Origin: Synergistaceae bacterium
GTDB taxonomy: Bacteria; Synergistota; Synergistia; Synergistales; Aminobacteriaceae
Assembly: GCA_017450825.1 (NCBI GenBank)
Contig: JAFSSV010000044.1
Location: 1-44,809, forward strand
Length of the DNA stretch: 44,809 bases
Reading direction: 5' to 3'
In this document: positions 26,850 through 35,119 of the stretch, in pieces
Layout: each line of letters opens with the position of its first letter
Position numbering within the stretch: the first letter of the stretch is position 1
The notes under the pieces: model-generated
The model's input: the letters and a program-made list of their open reading frames with translations, nothing else
The model's database searches: none
What the model was told of the DNA's origin: nothing
Made by a program: the position numbers and the translations under genes

Positions 26850-27683
26850 GTGAAACGATTTTTATGTGCTGTGCTTGTCGTACTGGTAATGGCCAGTTGT
26901 GTTTACGCTGCAGACTCGCTGAAGATCGGAGTACTGACAAAGCTTAATGTTACTCAGGAAGATTTTGAGAAGCTCATGCAGGGACTACGTCTGAGAAAAC
27001 GAGAGTACAGAACCAGCCCTAACCCCGAGGGAATTTCCTATACGTACAGGTTCTATGATACATTGACTGCAATGTTAATGGCCCTCAACAGTGGCGAGAT
27101 CGATGAGATCCAAATCCCTGAGGACGTTGCTAAATACGTTTTGAGCTACAACAAGTCTTATGAAATCAGCGCGATTAACGTCAAAGCTAAAGATTATTTG
27201 TCTTTGGGCTTTAATGACAACGAGAAAGGCAGAAAACTTCAGAGTCTCTTTAATGATGCCTTGATCACAATGGAGAATGACGGCAGGTTAGCTGCTTTGA
27301 CTTCTTTGTATGTCACTGATCCCGGAATCGATGACGAGCCTGAAGCTATACGCTTTGAACATTTCGACGGCGCAGAAACAATCAGCGTAGCAGTTACGGG
27401 CGATATGCCTCCAATAGATTTTATTGCCGCAGACGGAGTCCCGGCTGGCTTTAACACCGCAATACTTGCTGAAGCTGCAAAGATCATGAAGGTTAATGTC
27501 AAGCTCGTTAATGTCGACACGATTGCAAGAGCGGCTTCTCTTGTATCAGGACATGTTGACGTAGTCTTCTGGTTCCAGATAAGCTCAGACCCTCAAGAAC
27601 AAAATTTTGATATTCCTCAAGGAATCATTTTGTCTGAACCTTATTACAGTTGGGACAAAATGTATTCGCTCAAGAAAAAATAA
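26850..27683 (+). CDS. Orphan family-3 solute-binding protein homologue with permuted segment order; lipoprotein or secreted
   Basis: 277 aa with the signal/lipobox-like N-terminus MKRFLCAVLVVLVMASC. The C-terminal half (GDMPPIDFIAADGVPAGFNTAILAEAAKIMKVNVKLVNVD...SGHVDVVF...SEPYY) matches the usual N-terminal half of SBP_bac_3 proteins. The N-terminal half (LKIGVL...ALNSGEIDEIQIPEDVAKYVL...NDALITMENDGRLAALTSLYV) matches the usual C-terminal half. No ABC permease or ATPase gene is adjacent. Confidence 0.6.
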   Translation: MKRFLCAVLVVLVMASCVYAADSLKIGVLTKLNVTQEDFEKLMQGLRLRKREYRTSPNPEGISYTYRFYDTLTAMLMALNSGEIDEIQIPEDVAKYVLSYNKSYEISAINVKAKDYLSLGFNDNEKGRKLQSLFNDALITMENDGRLAALTSLYVTDPGIDDEPEAIRFEHFDGAETISVAVTGDMPPIDFIAADGVPAGFNTAILAEAAKIMKVNVKLVNVDTIARAASLVSGHVDVVFWFQISSDPQEQNFDIPQGIILSEPYYSWDKMYSLKKK

Positions 27684-27701
27684 TTAGCCCCAAAAATTAA
27701 G

Positions 27702-27733
27702 GGCCTCTTGTAAAATTCAAGAGGCCTTTTTTT
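27702..27733 (+). terminator. Rho-independent terminator between convergent genes
   Basis: GGCCTCTTG (27702-27710), a 7-nt loop, CAAGAGGCC (27718-27726), then TTTTTTT (27727-27733). An A-rich run on the other side could give partial bidirectional function. Confidence 0.8.
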
Positions 27734-27738
27734 ATGAC

Positions 27739-28629
27739 TTAATTTAATAATTTATTAGCGTTCTTAAACAAGATTAAATTCTTTTCGTCTGAATTCAGAA
27801 CAGGAAGGGACAAAAATTTTTCAAGACTCTCCCCTTGAGAAGCCCACGGCGAGTCCGTCCCAAAAATCACGCGGCTTGCTCCAAAATTTTTTATGAGCTC
27901 AATAAATTTTTCAGCGCTCAATAATTTACAAGCCTCGCGAGTCTTATAATAGCCGTCGCCGTTCAGCGTGAACTCCCCTAAAGAAAATGCAGTGTCTATA
28001 AAAATTCCTTCACGGCCCGCAAAAAATCTTTCGGCTTCGTCCCAAGCCCTCCAGCCTCCCATATGAGCAAGAACGATTTTAAACTCACATTGAATCTTAT
28101 CAATAGCACAAGAAATTTTTTCCGGCATCGCGTACTCATTGCCGGGAAAGCCAATGTCAAAGCCCGCATGAATCAAAATTACAAGGCCAAGCTCAGAAGC
28201 AAACCGCAAGATTTTTATATATCTTTCATCGTCAACAGGCAAGCCCTGATAAACCGGGTGAAGCTTTATGCCTTTTATGCCGGCAGAAAAAATTCTTTCA
28301 AGTTCCGGCTCACAATCTTCAAAGGCCGGGTGCATTGCCCCGAAAGAAATTATATTTTTTGAAAGCGAATTAATTTTTATTGCGGCGTTGTTAATTCCCG
28401 GGACTTGTTCGGGCCGGGTTGCTACGGGCTGCAAAACAGAAAAACCAACGCCAGAGTCCTTCATTGATTTTTCCAGTGCGCTTAACGTTCCGTCCGTGAA
28501 GGGTCGCGTATGACTCTTGGCCTGTAATTTCTCCAGAGCAGCCGCCGCGATTTTATCCGGGAATGTATGGACGTGAAAGTCAATACAGAATTCGTTATCC
28601 AAGCCCCTCCGGCCTCCCTTAATCTCCAA
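27739..28629 (-). CDS. Amidohydrolase-2 / TIM-barrel metal-dependent hydrolase family protein
   Basis: 296 aa. It has the N-terminal metal-binding motif IDFHVHTFP, an internal HAGF and HMGG, and a terminal FGTDSPW. Confidence 0.75.
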   Translation of the reverse strand: MEIKGGRRGLDNEFCIDFHVHTFPDKIAAAALEKLQAKSHTRPFTDGTLSALEKSMKDSGVGFSVLQPVATRPEQVPGINNAAIKINSLSKNIISFGAMHPAFEDCEPELERIFSAGIKGIKLHPVYQGLPVDDERYIKILRFASELGLVILIHAGFDIGFPGNEYAMPEKISCAIDKIQCEFKIVLAHMGGWRAWDEAERFFAGREGIFIDTAFSLGEFTLNGDGYYKTREACKLLSAEKFIELIKNFGASRVIFGTDSPWASQGESLEKFLSLPVLNSDEKNLILFKNANKLLN

Positions 28630-30196
28630 GAGCCTTCGACTGTCTGATTGTTACGTTCTTAGTGTAACAGGAAAACGCATCTTCAAGAAATTTCTTTTCG
28701 GGCTTCGGGCTTATCAAGCTAAACACCGGGACAATTACAAAGCCAGCCAGCATACAAAACGCTCCGGCGTTAATAGGCGACTGAAGCATGACAGGGAAGT
28801 CCGGCCTTACAAAAATATTCGCCGTCATTACGACGCTGGAAAAAATAAAATTAATCCAGCACGAAAATTTTGTAACGCCCTTCCAATATAAGCTATACAT
28901 GAACGGCGCAAGGAATGCTCCGGCCAATGCTCCCCATGACACGCCCATTAATTGAGCTATAAAAGTTACGTTGGATTTATATTGAATTAACGCAAGCACG
29001 ACAGAAATAATTATGAAAATTATTATCAAGAATCTCATTGTCTTGAGCTGTGACTTCTCGTCCATGTTCTTTATTACGTGTCCTTTCAACAGGTCAAGCG
29101 TAAGAGTCGAACTCGAAGTCAAAACTAATGAAGAAAGAGTCGACATCGAAGCCGATAAGACTAAAATTACAACAACCCCAAGCAAAATATCAGGCAAGCC
29201 CGATAACATTACAGGAATAACAGAGTCGTAACCTTCAACAGGAACGCCAGTCCCCGCAGGATCTAATTGAGCCGTGAATAATCTCCCGAAACCCCCAAGG
29301 AAATAACAGCCTCCGGCAATCACAAGAGCAAATAAAGTAGAAATTACTGTGCCCTTCGTTATATCGCTCTCGTTCTTGATTGCATAAAATTTCTGTACCA
29401 TTTGAGGCAAGCCCCATGTGCCTAAGCTCGTTAAAATTACAACGAACATTAAATTAATCGGGTCAGGCCCAAAGAATGACGCAAAAATTCCCGGCGATTT
29501 CGCAAGCCTCGTCACCGCGTGAGGGTCTGAAATTTCAGCAAGCCCGAACAAAGCTTCAAAGAGTCCTCCCTTGCTGGCAAGCACAGCAAAAATTACGGCT
29601 GTGATTCCTACGAGCATTATTATTCCTTGAATGAAATCGTTTATAGCCGTCGCCATATAACCGCCAGCCACGACATATATTCCCGTTAAGACAGCCATAA
29701 AAATTACACAAAGCGAATAGTCTATGCTGAAAGCCATTCCGAAGAGTCTGCTAAGGCCGTTATAAAGACTCGCCGTGTAAGGAATTAAAAATATAAAGCA
29801 GATTATTGAAGCCGCAATTTTAAGCGCGTCGCTTTGAAATCTTTTGCCGAAGAAGTCCGGCATAGTTGCGCTTGAAAGATGCTGGCTCATGATTCGAGTC
29901 CGCCTTCCCAAGACCGCCCACGCCATTAAAGATCCTATTACGGCGTTGCCAAGCCCGGCCCATGTTGCCGCGATACCGTAGCGCCAGCCGAACTGCCCCG
30001 CGTAGCCTACAAAAACTACAGCAGAAAAATAACTAGTCCCGTATGCAAACGCCGTAAGCCACGGCCCAACCGAGCGGCCTCCAAGGACAAAGCCGTTTAC
30101 GTCCGTTGAATTTTTGCGACAATAAAAACCTATCCAGAGCATAGCCCCGAAAAATAAAATTACAAGAAAAATTTTTATGAGCATATTTTTTCTCAC
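28619..30196 (-). CDS. Sodium:solute symporter (SSF) family transporter
   Basis: 525 aa with about 13 TM segments. SSF-like segments are GGRSVGPWLTAFAYGTSYFSAVVFVG and the mid-protein GLPQMVQKFYAIK. Its stop overlaps the downstream amidohydrolase start by 11 nt. Confidence 0.85.
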   Translation of the reverse strand: MRKNMLIKIFLVILFFGAMLWIGFYCRKNSTDVNGFVLGGRSVGPWLTAFAYGTSYFSAVVFVGYAGQFGWRYGIAATWAGLGNAVIGSLMAWAVLGRRTRIMSQHLSSATMPDFFGKRFQSDALKIAASIICFIFLIPYTASLYNGLSRLFGMAFSIDYSLCVIFMAVLTGIYVVAGGYMATAINDFIQGIIMLVGITAVIFAVLASKGGLFEALFGLAEISDPHAVTRLAKSPGIFASFFGPDPINLMFVVILTSLGTWGLPQMVQKFYAIKNESDITKGTVISTLFALVIAGGCYFLGGFGRLFTAQLDPAGTGVPVEGYDSVIPVMLSGLPDILLGVVVILVLSASMSTLSSLVLTSSSTLTLDLLKGHVIKNMDEKSQLKTMRFLIIIFIIISVVLALIQYKSNVTFIAQLMGVSWGALAGAFLAPFMYSLYWKGVTKFSCWINFIFSSVVMTANIFVRPDFPVMLQSPINAGAFCMLAGFVIVPVFSLISPKPEKKFLEDAFSCYTKNVTIRQSKALGD

Positions 30197-30286
30197 ACTT
30201 TCCTATAAAAGAAATAAAATAAAAATCAAGAGGGAAATTTAACGCCGCGAATTTTCAAAATCAAGTTTCAAAAATGATAGCCGAAT

Positions 30287-30319
30287 AAAAAAACTTCCGG
30301 ACTAATTGTCCAGAAGTTA
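30287..30319 (-). terminator. Rho-independent terminator downstream of carB
   Basis: The minus strand reads AACTTCTGGAC-aatta-GTCCGGAAGTT followed by TTTTTTT. The single U.G wobble exists only in minus-strand RNA. Confidence 0.75.
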
Positions 30320-30330
30320 GAATTTATTTT

Positions 30331-33300
30331 TTAAGCCTGAATTTCTTTGTGCAGTTCTTGAAGAGGCTTGAGGGATTCAGTTTTCTGATTCTTTACGGTC
30401 ATAATTCCTTCGATTGCCGCGTCAGCTCCGGCCAGTGTCGTTATGTAGGGTATCCCGGCCTTGACAGCTCCGCGCCGCAAGTTTGAGCCTGTACCGGTCA
30501 AAGCCTTTTCGCGTGGAGTGTTAATCACGAGCTGAACTTGTCCGTTAATAATATAATCACGAACATCTGGACGCTTCGTGCCAATTTTGCCGCAAGCAAC
30601 GCCGGAATTTTTTAAAGCCTCGTACGTTCCTTCGGTCGCAAGAATTTTAAAGCCCGCGCTCAAAAATTTCTTAGCTATCCCGGCGATCTCTTTCTTGTCC
30701 GAGTCACTAACGGCGATTAAAACCGTCCCGCTTAAAGGCAATTTTGAATTCGCCGCCTCTTCGGCCTTAAAGAACGCTTCGCCCGGAGCAGCCGCAAGCC
30801 CTAAGACTTCGCCAGTCGAACGCATCTCCGGCCCTAAGACCGGATCAACTTCCTGGAACATATTAAACGGGAACACGGACTCTTTGACTCCGTAATAAGG
30901 GATCTTTCTTTCAGTAAGCGAAGCAAGCGGAGACTCCCGGCCCGTAAGCTCACGCGTTATAGCGTCAACCGCAAGCGGCACCATTCTAATTCCGCAGACT
31001 TTAGAAACTAAAGGAACAGTACGGCTTGCCCTCGGGTTGGCCTCAAGAACAAAAACTTTTCCGTTCTCTATAGCATATTGAATATTCATAAGCCCGACTA
31101 CGTGCATAGCCTCGGCGATTTTTCTTGTATAGTCTTTGATTGTAGCAAGAGCTTCCGGGGCTATATGCCTTGAAGGAATTATACAGGCGCTGTCGCCCGA
31201 ATGAATCCCTGCGAGTTCGATATGTTCCATTACGGCCGGGACGTAGGCATGAGTCCCGTCACATATAGCGTCAGCTTCACACTCAAGCGCGTGATTTAAA
31301 AACCTGTCAATTAATATCGGCCTGTCAGGGGTGACTCCTACAGCGGCTTTGACGTAACGTTCAAGGCTCTGCTCATCGTAAACAATTTCCATTCCCCGCC
31401 CGCCTAAAACATAAGACGGCCTCACCATGACAGGATAGCCTATTCGCTCCGCAAGCTCATGAGCTTCTTTTAAATTTGACGCTGTGCCGGATTCGGGCAT
31501 GGGGATATTCAAATCGTCCATGACTTTTTTAAATCGCCCGCGGTCTTCGGCTAGGTCGATAATTTCAGGGGAAGTGCCAAGAATTTTTACGCCGTTGCTT
31601 TCAAGTTCAGACGCAAGATTTAAAGGAGTCTGTCCTCCGAACTGCGCAATAACTCCCAAAGGTTTTTCAGCTCTGTAAATGCTCAAGACATCTTCAAGAG
31701 TCAAAGGCTCAAAATATAATTTGTCTGAAGTGTCGTAGTCTGTCGATACCGTTTCGGGGTTGCAGTTTACCATGATAGTTTCAAAGCCGAGCTTCTTTAG
31801 CGACTGTGCCGCGTGTACACAACAGTAATCGAATTCAATTCCCTGTCCGATTCTGTTCGGGCCGCCTCCAAGTATCATGATTTTATTTTTTGAAGAGATA
31901 GGATTATTCGCGTTCGGGTTGTTGTAGCTTGAATAATAATACGCGCCGTTTTGTGTCCCGCTCACGTGAACGCCGTCCCAAGTTTCAATAATGCCAAGGG
32001 CCTCGCGCTGCTCACGGATATTTTTTTCAGGAACGTTTAAAATTTTAGCAAGATATTTATCAGCGAAGCCGGAGCGTTTGGCTTTTATTAAAATCTCATC
32101 GGGAAGTTTTTGGCCGCGATAAGTCAAAATATGTTCTTCTTCTTTGACAAGGTCGGCGATCTCTTCAAGAAAATATTTTTTAACGTGAGTAAGCTCGTGG
32201 ATCTCTTCGACCGTTGCGCCCTTCCTTAAAGCCTCGTAAATTACAAAATATCTTTCACTGTTGGGATATTCAAGAAGGCCAAGGAGTTTTTCTTTTGAAA
32301 GCTCGTTGAAATTTTTAACGAAGCCCAAACCGTAACGATCTTTTTCAAGCGAACGTACAGCCTTTTGAAAAGCTTCTTTGAAATTTTTTCCAATGCTCAT
32401 TACTTCCCCTACGGCTCGCATTTGAGTCCCTAACTTGTCCTCAACGCCTTTAAATTTCTCAAAGGCCCACCGCGCAAATTTAACGACTACATAATCTCCG
32501 TCGGGTTTATATTTTTCAAGAGTGCCGTACTTGCTGCACTCAATGTCGCTAAGAGAAAGCCCGGCCGCAAGTTTCGCTGATACTAAAGCAATCGGAAAGC
32601 CCGTAGCCTTTGACGCAAGCGCCGAAGATCTTGAAGTCCTCGGATTGATTTCTATTACTATTACTCGTCCGGTCTTTGGATCGTGAGCGAATTGAACATT
32701 AGTGCCACCTATGACTCCGATATGTTCGACAATCTTGTAAGCCATTTCCTGTAAACGCGCCTGTAATTCTTCCGGCACCGTCAACATAGGAGCAACACAA
32801 AAAGAATCCCCCGTATGGACTCCCATTGGGTCAACGTTCTCAATAAAGCAAACAGTGATTAAATTATTATCTTTATCGCGGACGACTTCGAGCTCAAGTT
32901 CTTCCCAGCCCAATACAGATTCTTCTACTAAGACCTGATGAACTATGCTGGCCTGCAAGCCGCGTTCACAAACTGTCTTTAACTCTTCACGGTTGTAAAC
33001 GAGTCCGCCGCCTGCTCCGCCCATTGTATAAGCCGGGCGAAGTACAACGGGATAATTTAATTTCTCTGCAATGTTCAAAGCTTCTTCGACTGAATAAGCA
33101 ACTTCGGAACGGGCCATGTCAATTCCAAGGGCCTGCATGGTCTTCTTGAATTCGACTCTGTCTTCGCCGCGTTCGATTGCATCAGCTTGGACTCCTATGA
33201 CTTTGACGTTATATTTTTTTAAGATTCCAGCCTTGTGAAGTTCGGCGCATAAATTCAAGCCGGATTGACCGCCAAGGTTAGGGAGCAAAGCGTCCGGCCT

Positions 33301-33549
33301 TTCACGGGCGATAACAGCTTCGAGGCGTTCGGGGTTAAGAGGTTCTATATAAGTTATATCCGCCATTTCGGGGTCGGTCATGATTGTAGCGGGGTTAGAG
33401 TTTACGAGAACAATTTCATAGCCAAGGGCGCGAAGGGCTTTGCAGGCTTGCGTTCCCGAGTAATCGAACTCACAAGCTTGACCAATCACGATCGGCCCAG
33501 AGCCAATGATTAAAATTTTATGAATATCCTTGCGTTGTGGTGCAGTCAT
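30331..33549 (-). CDS. carB: Carbamoyl-phosphate synthase large subunit
   Basis: About 1072 aa. The track begins at the GTG at 33561, but the ATG at 33549 (MTAPQRKDIHKILIIGSGPIVIGQACEFDYSGTQA) is the likely start. The two ATP-grasp halves are duplicated and a C-terminal MGS-like domain is present. Confidence 0.95.
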   Translation of the reverse strand: MTAPQRKDIHKILIIGSGPIVIGQACEFDYSGTQACKALRALGYEIVLVNSNPATIMTDPEMADITYIEPLNPERLEAVIARERPDALLPNLGGQSGLNLCAELHKAGILKKYNVKVIGVQADAIERGEDRVEFKKTMQALGIDMARSEVAYSVEEALNIAEKLNYPVVLRPAYTMGGAGGGLVYNREELKTVCERGLQASIVHQVLVEESVLGWEELELEVVRDKDNNLITVCFIENVDPMGVHTGDSFCVAPMLTVPEELQARLQEMAYKIVEHIGVIGGTNVQFAHDPKTGRVIVIEINPRTSRSSALASKATGFPIALVSAKLAAGLSLSDIECSKYGTLEKYKPDGDYVVVKFARWAFEKFKGVEDKLGTQMRAVGEVMSIGKNFKEAFQKAVRSLEKDRYGLGFVKNFNELSKEKLLGLLEYPNSERYFVIYEALRKGATVEEIHELTHVKKYFLEEIADLVKEEEHILTYRGQKLPDEILIKAKRSGFADKYLAKILNVPEKNIREQREALGIIETWDGVHVSGTQNGAYYYSSYNNPNANNPISSKNKIMILGGGPNRIGQGIEFDYCCVHAAQSLKKLGFETIMVNCNPETVSTDYDTSDKLYFEPLTLEDVLSIYRAEKPLGVIAQFGGQTPLNLASELESNGVKILGTSPEIIDLAEDRGRFKKVMDDLNIPMPESGTASNLKEAHELAERIGYPVMVRPSYVLGGRGMEIVYDEQSLERYVKAAVGVTPDRPILIDRFLNHALECEADAICDGTHAYVPAVMEHIELAGIHSGDSACIIPSRHIAPEALATIKDYTRKIAEAMHVVGLMNIQYAIENGKVFVLEANPRASRTVPLVSKVCGIRMVPLAVDAITRELTGRESPLASLTERKIPYYGVKESVFPFNMFQEVDPVLGPEMRSTGEVLGLAAAPGEAFFKAEEAANSKLPLSGTVLIAVSDSDKKEIAGIAKKFLSAGFKILATEGTYEALKNSGVACGKIGTKRPDVRDYIINGQVQLVINTPREKALTGTGSNLRRGAVKAGIPYITTLAGADAAIEGIMTVKNQKTESLKPLQELHKEIQA

Positions 33550-33581
33550 GTAAAAAATCACTTCCTGTTAAATTATTGAGG

Positions 33582-33590
33582 CATTATAAC
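33582..33590 (-). promoter_or_regulatory. Candidate extended -10 promoter element for carB
   Basis: The minus strand reads TGTTATAAT about 35 nt upstream of the carB ATG. No convincing -35 element was found. Confidence 0.35.
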
Positions 33591-33617
33591 ATTTCAAAAT
33601 CTTCAAGCCTTACAATC

Positions 33618-33652
33618 AAAAAAGAGTCCCCGGGTTTAGACTCGGAGACTCT
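33618..33652 (-). terminator. Rho-independent terminator downstream of the PpiD-like gene
   Basis: The minus strand reads AGAGTCTCCG-loop-CGGGGACTCT followed by TTTTTTG. Its stem arms are the same sequence as those of the ilvD terminator at 615-649. Confidence 0.65.
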
Positions 33653-33683
33653 TTTCAAAAAAATATTCCTAAAAAAATTTTTT

Positions 33684-35045
33684 TTATTCTGTTACAGCTG
33701 GAAGGTCGATAGATTTTACAGCCTCTTCGATTTTTTCTACGGCTGCTTTAATTTCTTCGGGTTCTTTGACCTCTGGAGTCGGCTCTGCACTCACAGGCTC
33801 TTCGGTCTTGACTTCTTCAGGCTCTTTGACTTCAGGTGTCGGCTCTGCGCTCACAGGCTCTTCAGCTTTGACCTCTTCAGATTCTTTGACTTCAGGAGTC
33901 GGTTCGGCGCTCACAGGCTCCTCGGCTTTAACTTCCTCTTTAACTTCCGGCTTAACCTCTTCGGATTTAACTTCGGGTTCGGCGCTTACTTCTGTAATAT
34001 CTTCGATTACAAACTCCGGCGCTGTATCTTTGCTTTCAGGTTCCGGGCTTGCGAATAATTCTTTGTCATTAATAACTACATTGGCTTTGGCAAGCAAAGA
34101 CTCTTGATAGTTTGAGAGTCTTGTCCGCTCTTCCTGTTGAGTTAAGACTGTACGAATATCGCTGCTTACTTCGTCATAAGGGCTTACGCTTGCGTCAACA
34201 TGACTGGTTTTCATTGCTACGCCGAAATCAGAACTTGAAAGCGTGAATACTTCGCTCGGCTTTTCAAGATCAAGCGAAGCCAATGCGCTGAATGTTCCCG
34301 TAGCGAATGCGTTTGCAGGCAAGAACACTGGCTCTCTTGTAATATCAACTGAAGCAGAAAGATCGCTTGAGGCTATTATGTCCCAGCTTTCTCCGTTGAC
34401 GAGTCGCGTTCTGAAATTTTCAGCGTCTGCACTTGTATCGAAATTGGCCAAATGAATCATAAAGCCTTCGGGTTTACTGTAGACGATATTTTTCATCGTG
34501 TCATAAAATTCTAAGGCTTTATCTTCGCTGATTTCGATTTCTCCTACGGCCATATTCATGAGCTGATCTATAGCTATTTGACGGGCAAGGCTCTTTTTAT
34601 AATCGTCTGGTCTGATTCCTGACTGTTCAAGGGCTTGATAAAATGTTTCGCGTGTCGGGAAATATGTATCGGCATAAGCTTTCATAGCCTGCTCGGCTTG
34701 AGCGTCAGAAATTTTTATGCCGTTAGCTTCGACTTCTTTATCAAGCTGTGACTCAAGGATTGCGTTATCTAAAACTGTTTTGTAAATTGCGGGCATATCA
34801 AGCGACTCAATATTTCTTGAGCTGTAATTGCTAAGATAGCTTCTAAGTCTTTGCTCAAGCTCCGAACGCATTAACGAGCGGCCGTTGATCTGCGCGACTT
34901 CGTAATCGCTCATAGTGCCGTCAGCGTTGCGCGTTGGAGTGCGCCTCGTGCCTGTTCCTTCGTACATTAAGAATGTAGACAGCAGGAAGGCAACGACGAT
35001 AATAGCCATAACCCATTTCATTTGCTTTCGCAGAAAATCCATCAT
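33684..35045 (-). CDS. SurA-N/PpiD-like membrane-anchored chaperone with an acidic tandem-repeat C-terminal tail
   Basis: 453 aa. An N-terminal TM anchor (MKWVMAIIVVAFLLSTFLMY) is followed by a SurA_N-like helical region. No clear parvulin signature was recognised by eye. The C-terminus carries three repeats of EEPVSAEPTPEVKE(S/P)EE(V/I)K. Confidence 0.65.
   Translation of the reverse strand: MMDFLRKQMKWVMAIIVVAFLLSTFLMYEGTGTRRTPTRNADGTMSDYEVAQINGRSLMRSELEQRLRSYLSNYSSRNIESLDMPAIYKTVLDNAILESQLDKEVEANGIKISDAQAEQAMKAYADTYFPTRETFYQALEQSGIRPDDYKKSLARQIAIDQLMNMAVGEIEISEDKALEFYDTMKNIVYSKPEGFMIHLANFDTSADAENFRTRLVNGESWDIIASSDLSASVDITREPVFLPANAFATGTFSALASLDLEKPSEVFTLSSSDFGVAMKTSHVDASVSPYDEVSSDIRTVLTQQEERTRLSNYQESLLAKANVVINDKELFASPEPESKDTAPEFVIEDITEVSAEPEVKSEEVKPEVKEEVKAEEPVSAEPTPEVKESEEVKAEEPVSAEPTPEVKEPEEVKTEEPVSAEPTPEVKEPEEIKAAVEKIEEAVKSIDLPAVTE
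33760..33939. repeat. 60-bp tandem repeat x3 inside the PpiD-like CDS
   Basis: The units are 33760-33819, 33820-33879 and 33880-33939, about 85-90 percent identical by eye. They are in frame and encode the 20-aa acidic Pro/Glu repeat. Confidence 0.9.
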
Positions 35046-35119
35046 GATAAATTAAAACCTTCTCTCTTGAATCTTAAAATTTTGGTCTAAGTATTTCTTA
35101 CGAATTAGATTTTAGCACA

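Noticed and set aside
30331-33561. carB appears monocistronic, with its own promoter-like element and terminator and no adjacent carA.
   Set aside because: Separation of carA and carB is known in various bacteria, and carA may lie elsewhere in the genome. It is not anomalous on the evidence in this window.
33537-34107. Two overlapping plus-strand ORFs (173 aa and 113 aa) with striking internal repeats.
   Set aside because: They are mirror images of the 60-bp tandem repeat in the minus-strand PpiD-like gene. That gene has a membrane anchor and a coherent domain layout, and the plus-strand ORFs have no RBS.
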